Positions 62,020 through 64,000 of a stretch of DNA of 64,000 nucleotides are shown in pieces. Position 1 is the first letter of the stretch; the number at the start of each line of letters is the position of its first letter. The notes under the pieces were generated by a model. It searched no databases, was not told where the DNA came from, and saw only the letters and a list, made by a program, of their open reading frames with translations. Made by a program: the position numbers and the translations under genes. The stretch is taken from the NCBI GenBank assembly GCA_025201805.1, contig MU619292.1, forward strand, positions 126,477-190,476, read 5' to 3'. This stretch comes from Parasitella parasitica NRRL 2501 (lineage: Eukaryota > Fungi > Mucoromycota).

Positions 62020-64000
62020 GAAAGGCTGCCTTCAATTGTCTTCATTGGGTTATGTGTTGGAATAGAAATTACATGTATATTTTATTAAAGGTTTGACACG
62101 CTTACGGATTTTGCAAGAAAACTTCTCATGTACCCTGTTCAATCCTCATTTCTATACAACTAAAAAGCCTGTACTTCCTTGCCAAAATTTCAATAAAATA
62201 TCATTTTATATCATCACATAACACAAGCAATTAAGAATGGATGCACAAACTTTATTCTTACCGCTTCCCTATGTTGATATGATAAATTTCCTGATTTTTT
62301 TTTAACGTAGTGGAGAAGGTTGACCACCTTTAATATATTGTGTATTAGCTATACGACGTTATACGCCGTCTACATTACAAGTTTGTGCAAACACAATTTT
62401 CTCACATGCGTAATAAATGGAAATTATGGTAATATGGTACTTGAGAGATTTAACGTAAAACGCATATGGGGTATAGGGTCCAAACAAGACAAACTTTTTC
62501 AAATAATGGTCAAAGGTACATGAAAATTAAATATGCTTTAGGATGATGCAAAAGAGGTTAGGGATTGGCGGAAGAAGGTGTCTTCATTGCTAAGATTTTG
62601 CAGATATGATAATAGACGTCATTACAGATTGTACACTTTAAGCATGAGGAAAAAGGCAAAATGCTTATATTACATGGCATTTATTTCATCCAAAAACAAA
62701 AGAGTTATTTAAAAATGAGTTTTTGAGGCCATATTATATTACTATTAATTCATATCAAGACATTTTCATGTCACCTGTGTAATGAAATGGCACCTATTAT
62801 ATGGCACCACAATTACATTAAAATAAAATCCAGATGGATCATGGCTGATCCATCCAAGAAAGAAATACATGAAAAGCACAAGTAAACATTAACAAGTGTT
62901 GGTAGAGGCTTGCACTCCTGATCAAAGTACAATCTCCTACAACCCTGGCACATGCTAATGTTGAACAACGCTACTCATAATTACAAATAAACAAATTCTA
63001 AACATGTATAAACAATGCAATTGTTAAAACAATTGCAATAATTCTAGATGCCAGAAATGGCTTGTTTATTACACAATAAGGAAAGCTCAGTCGCATTAGA
63101 AATAATCAGGATCCTCAAATATGACAATCCTGCCCAAAACCATAGTATCAATTTCAATACCAACATATCGAAATCTCAACTACAATACAAGTGAGAGAAT
63201 GTCAACAAAAGTCATTCTTCAAATAAGCTGTAAAATAAGCATTCTCACTGTAGCGAGGCAATTTTACAAGTAGTATAAATACAAGCTCTCTTAAAGATCA
63301 TATATCTTTTCTTCAGTTTTCTTTTAATCGAAAATAAAGGTGGAAAGACTATAATTGTGTGGGATCTTTTTCAAACATAAAAATAAGTACACAGAGCATT
63401 AGTCTGAAGAGAAGAGAAGAATATCATTTCTCTGGCTTTATTTTTTTTATTTTTTTATTTTCACATAAAATTGATCCCAATTTTATTGCAACTTGTAATA
63501 GGATTTGCATTTTGTTTATAAATTGAAAATAGGTGCACACTGGCAAGCATATATCAGCACTATATGATAAAAAACTGTCTATCATTAAAACGATCAATGT
63601 ATATATTTATAGCGTATTCGTCCGAAAATAGTGATTTTTTTTATAAAATGCGCATCAAACGGCTATGCCTTTGCGTACGGTCTAACAGGTATAATCAGAG
63701 CATAACTTGATTTTACTGGCCGCTGTGTCTATCAAAAGTTGCTAGCAAAAACAGTTTTATTTTTCAATATTGATCATGAATATCAGATATTTGCTCATAA
63801 CTTGTGCTAAAATAACCGTAGAACCGAGATCTAACTTGGAAAACTTAGCGTTGACTCACCTCTATCTGGAAACAACATTGATATTCATGTTTTCATTGAT
63901 ATCTATAAAATTATCAGATGATATCACAAATTAACATATCAGAATTGCATATAATCAATGATAACCTTCGATAAAGACCAAAATAATCACTGTCTTAGGC

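Noticed and set aside
62020-64000. 2-kb gene-free AT-rich end of the window, including ORF 62320-62523
   Set aside because: No credible gene, RNA or mobile-element signature; may be the promoter of a gene outside the window.

Overview
Eukaryotic, AT-rich, gene-dense window with many short (~50-70 nt) GT-AG introns, typical of a Mucorales (Mucor-like) fungus. The CotH gene, intronless F-box-like genes and kelch-TM gene fit that assignment, which is an inference. About 29 protein-coding genes were reconstructed by eye: GLE1, SPC98/GCP3, an allantoicase-ureidoglycolate lyase fusion, COG8, ATX2/ZIP9, a bacterial-type cytidylate kinase (Cmk) with two spliceosomal introns, an importin-alpha-like protein without an IBB domain, LAMTOR1/Ego1-like, an LYR protein, RAB18, PAB1, LSB1/PIN3-like, HEM25, a nucleotidyltransferase-like/glucuronokinase fusion, CotH, CDC26, a kelch-TM protein, a Zn2Cys6 transcription factor, PCS60, two F-box proteins, three hypothetical proteins, ETR1, peroxisomal Lon, MGT1, striatin and PHO88. 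No rRNA, tRNA, CRISPR array or intact transposon was recognised. There are two assembly gaps. The best leads are the intron-bearing bacterial-type cmk, the glucuronokinase fusion (a possible glucuronic-acid salvage route for the glucuronan-rich wall, next to CotH), the purine-catabolism fusion, the IBB-less importin-alpha and two 7-nt microexons. Multi-exon coordinates are gene spans from manual splicing, and all product calls rest on remembered motifs rather than database searches.
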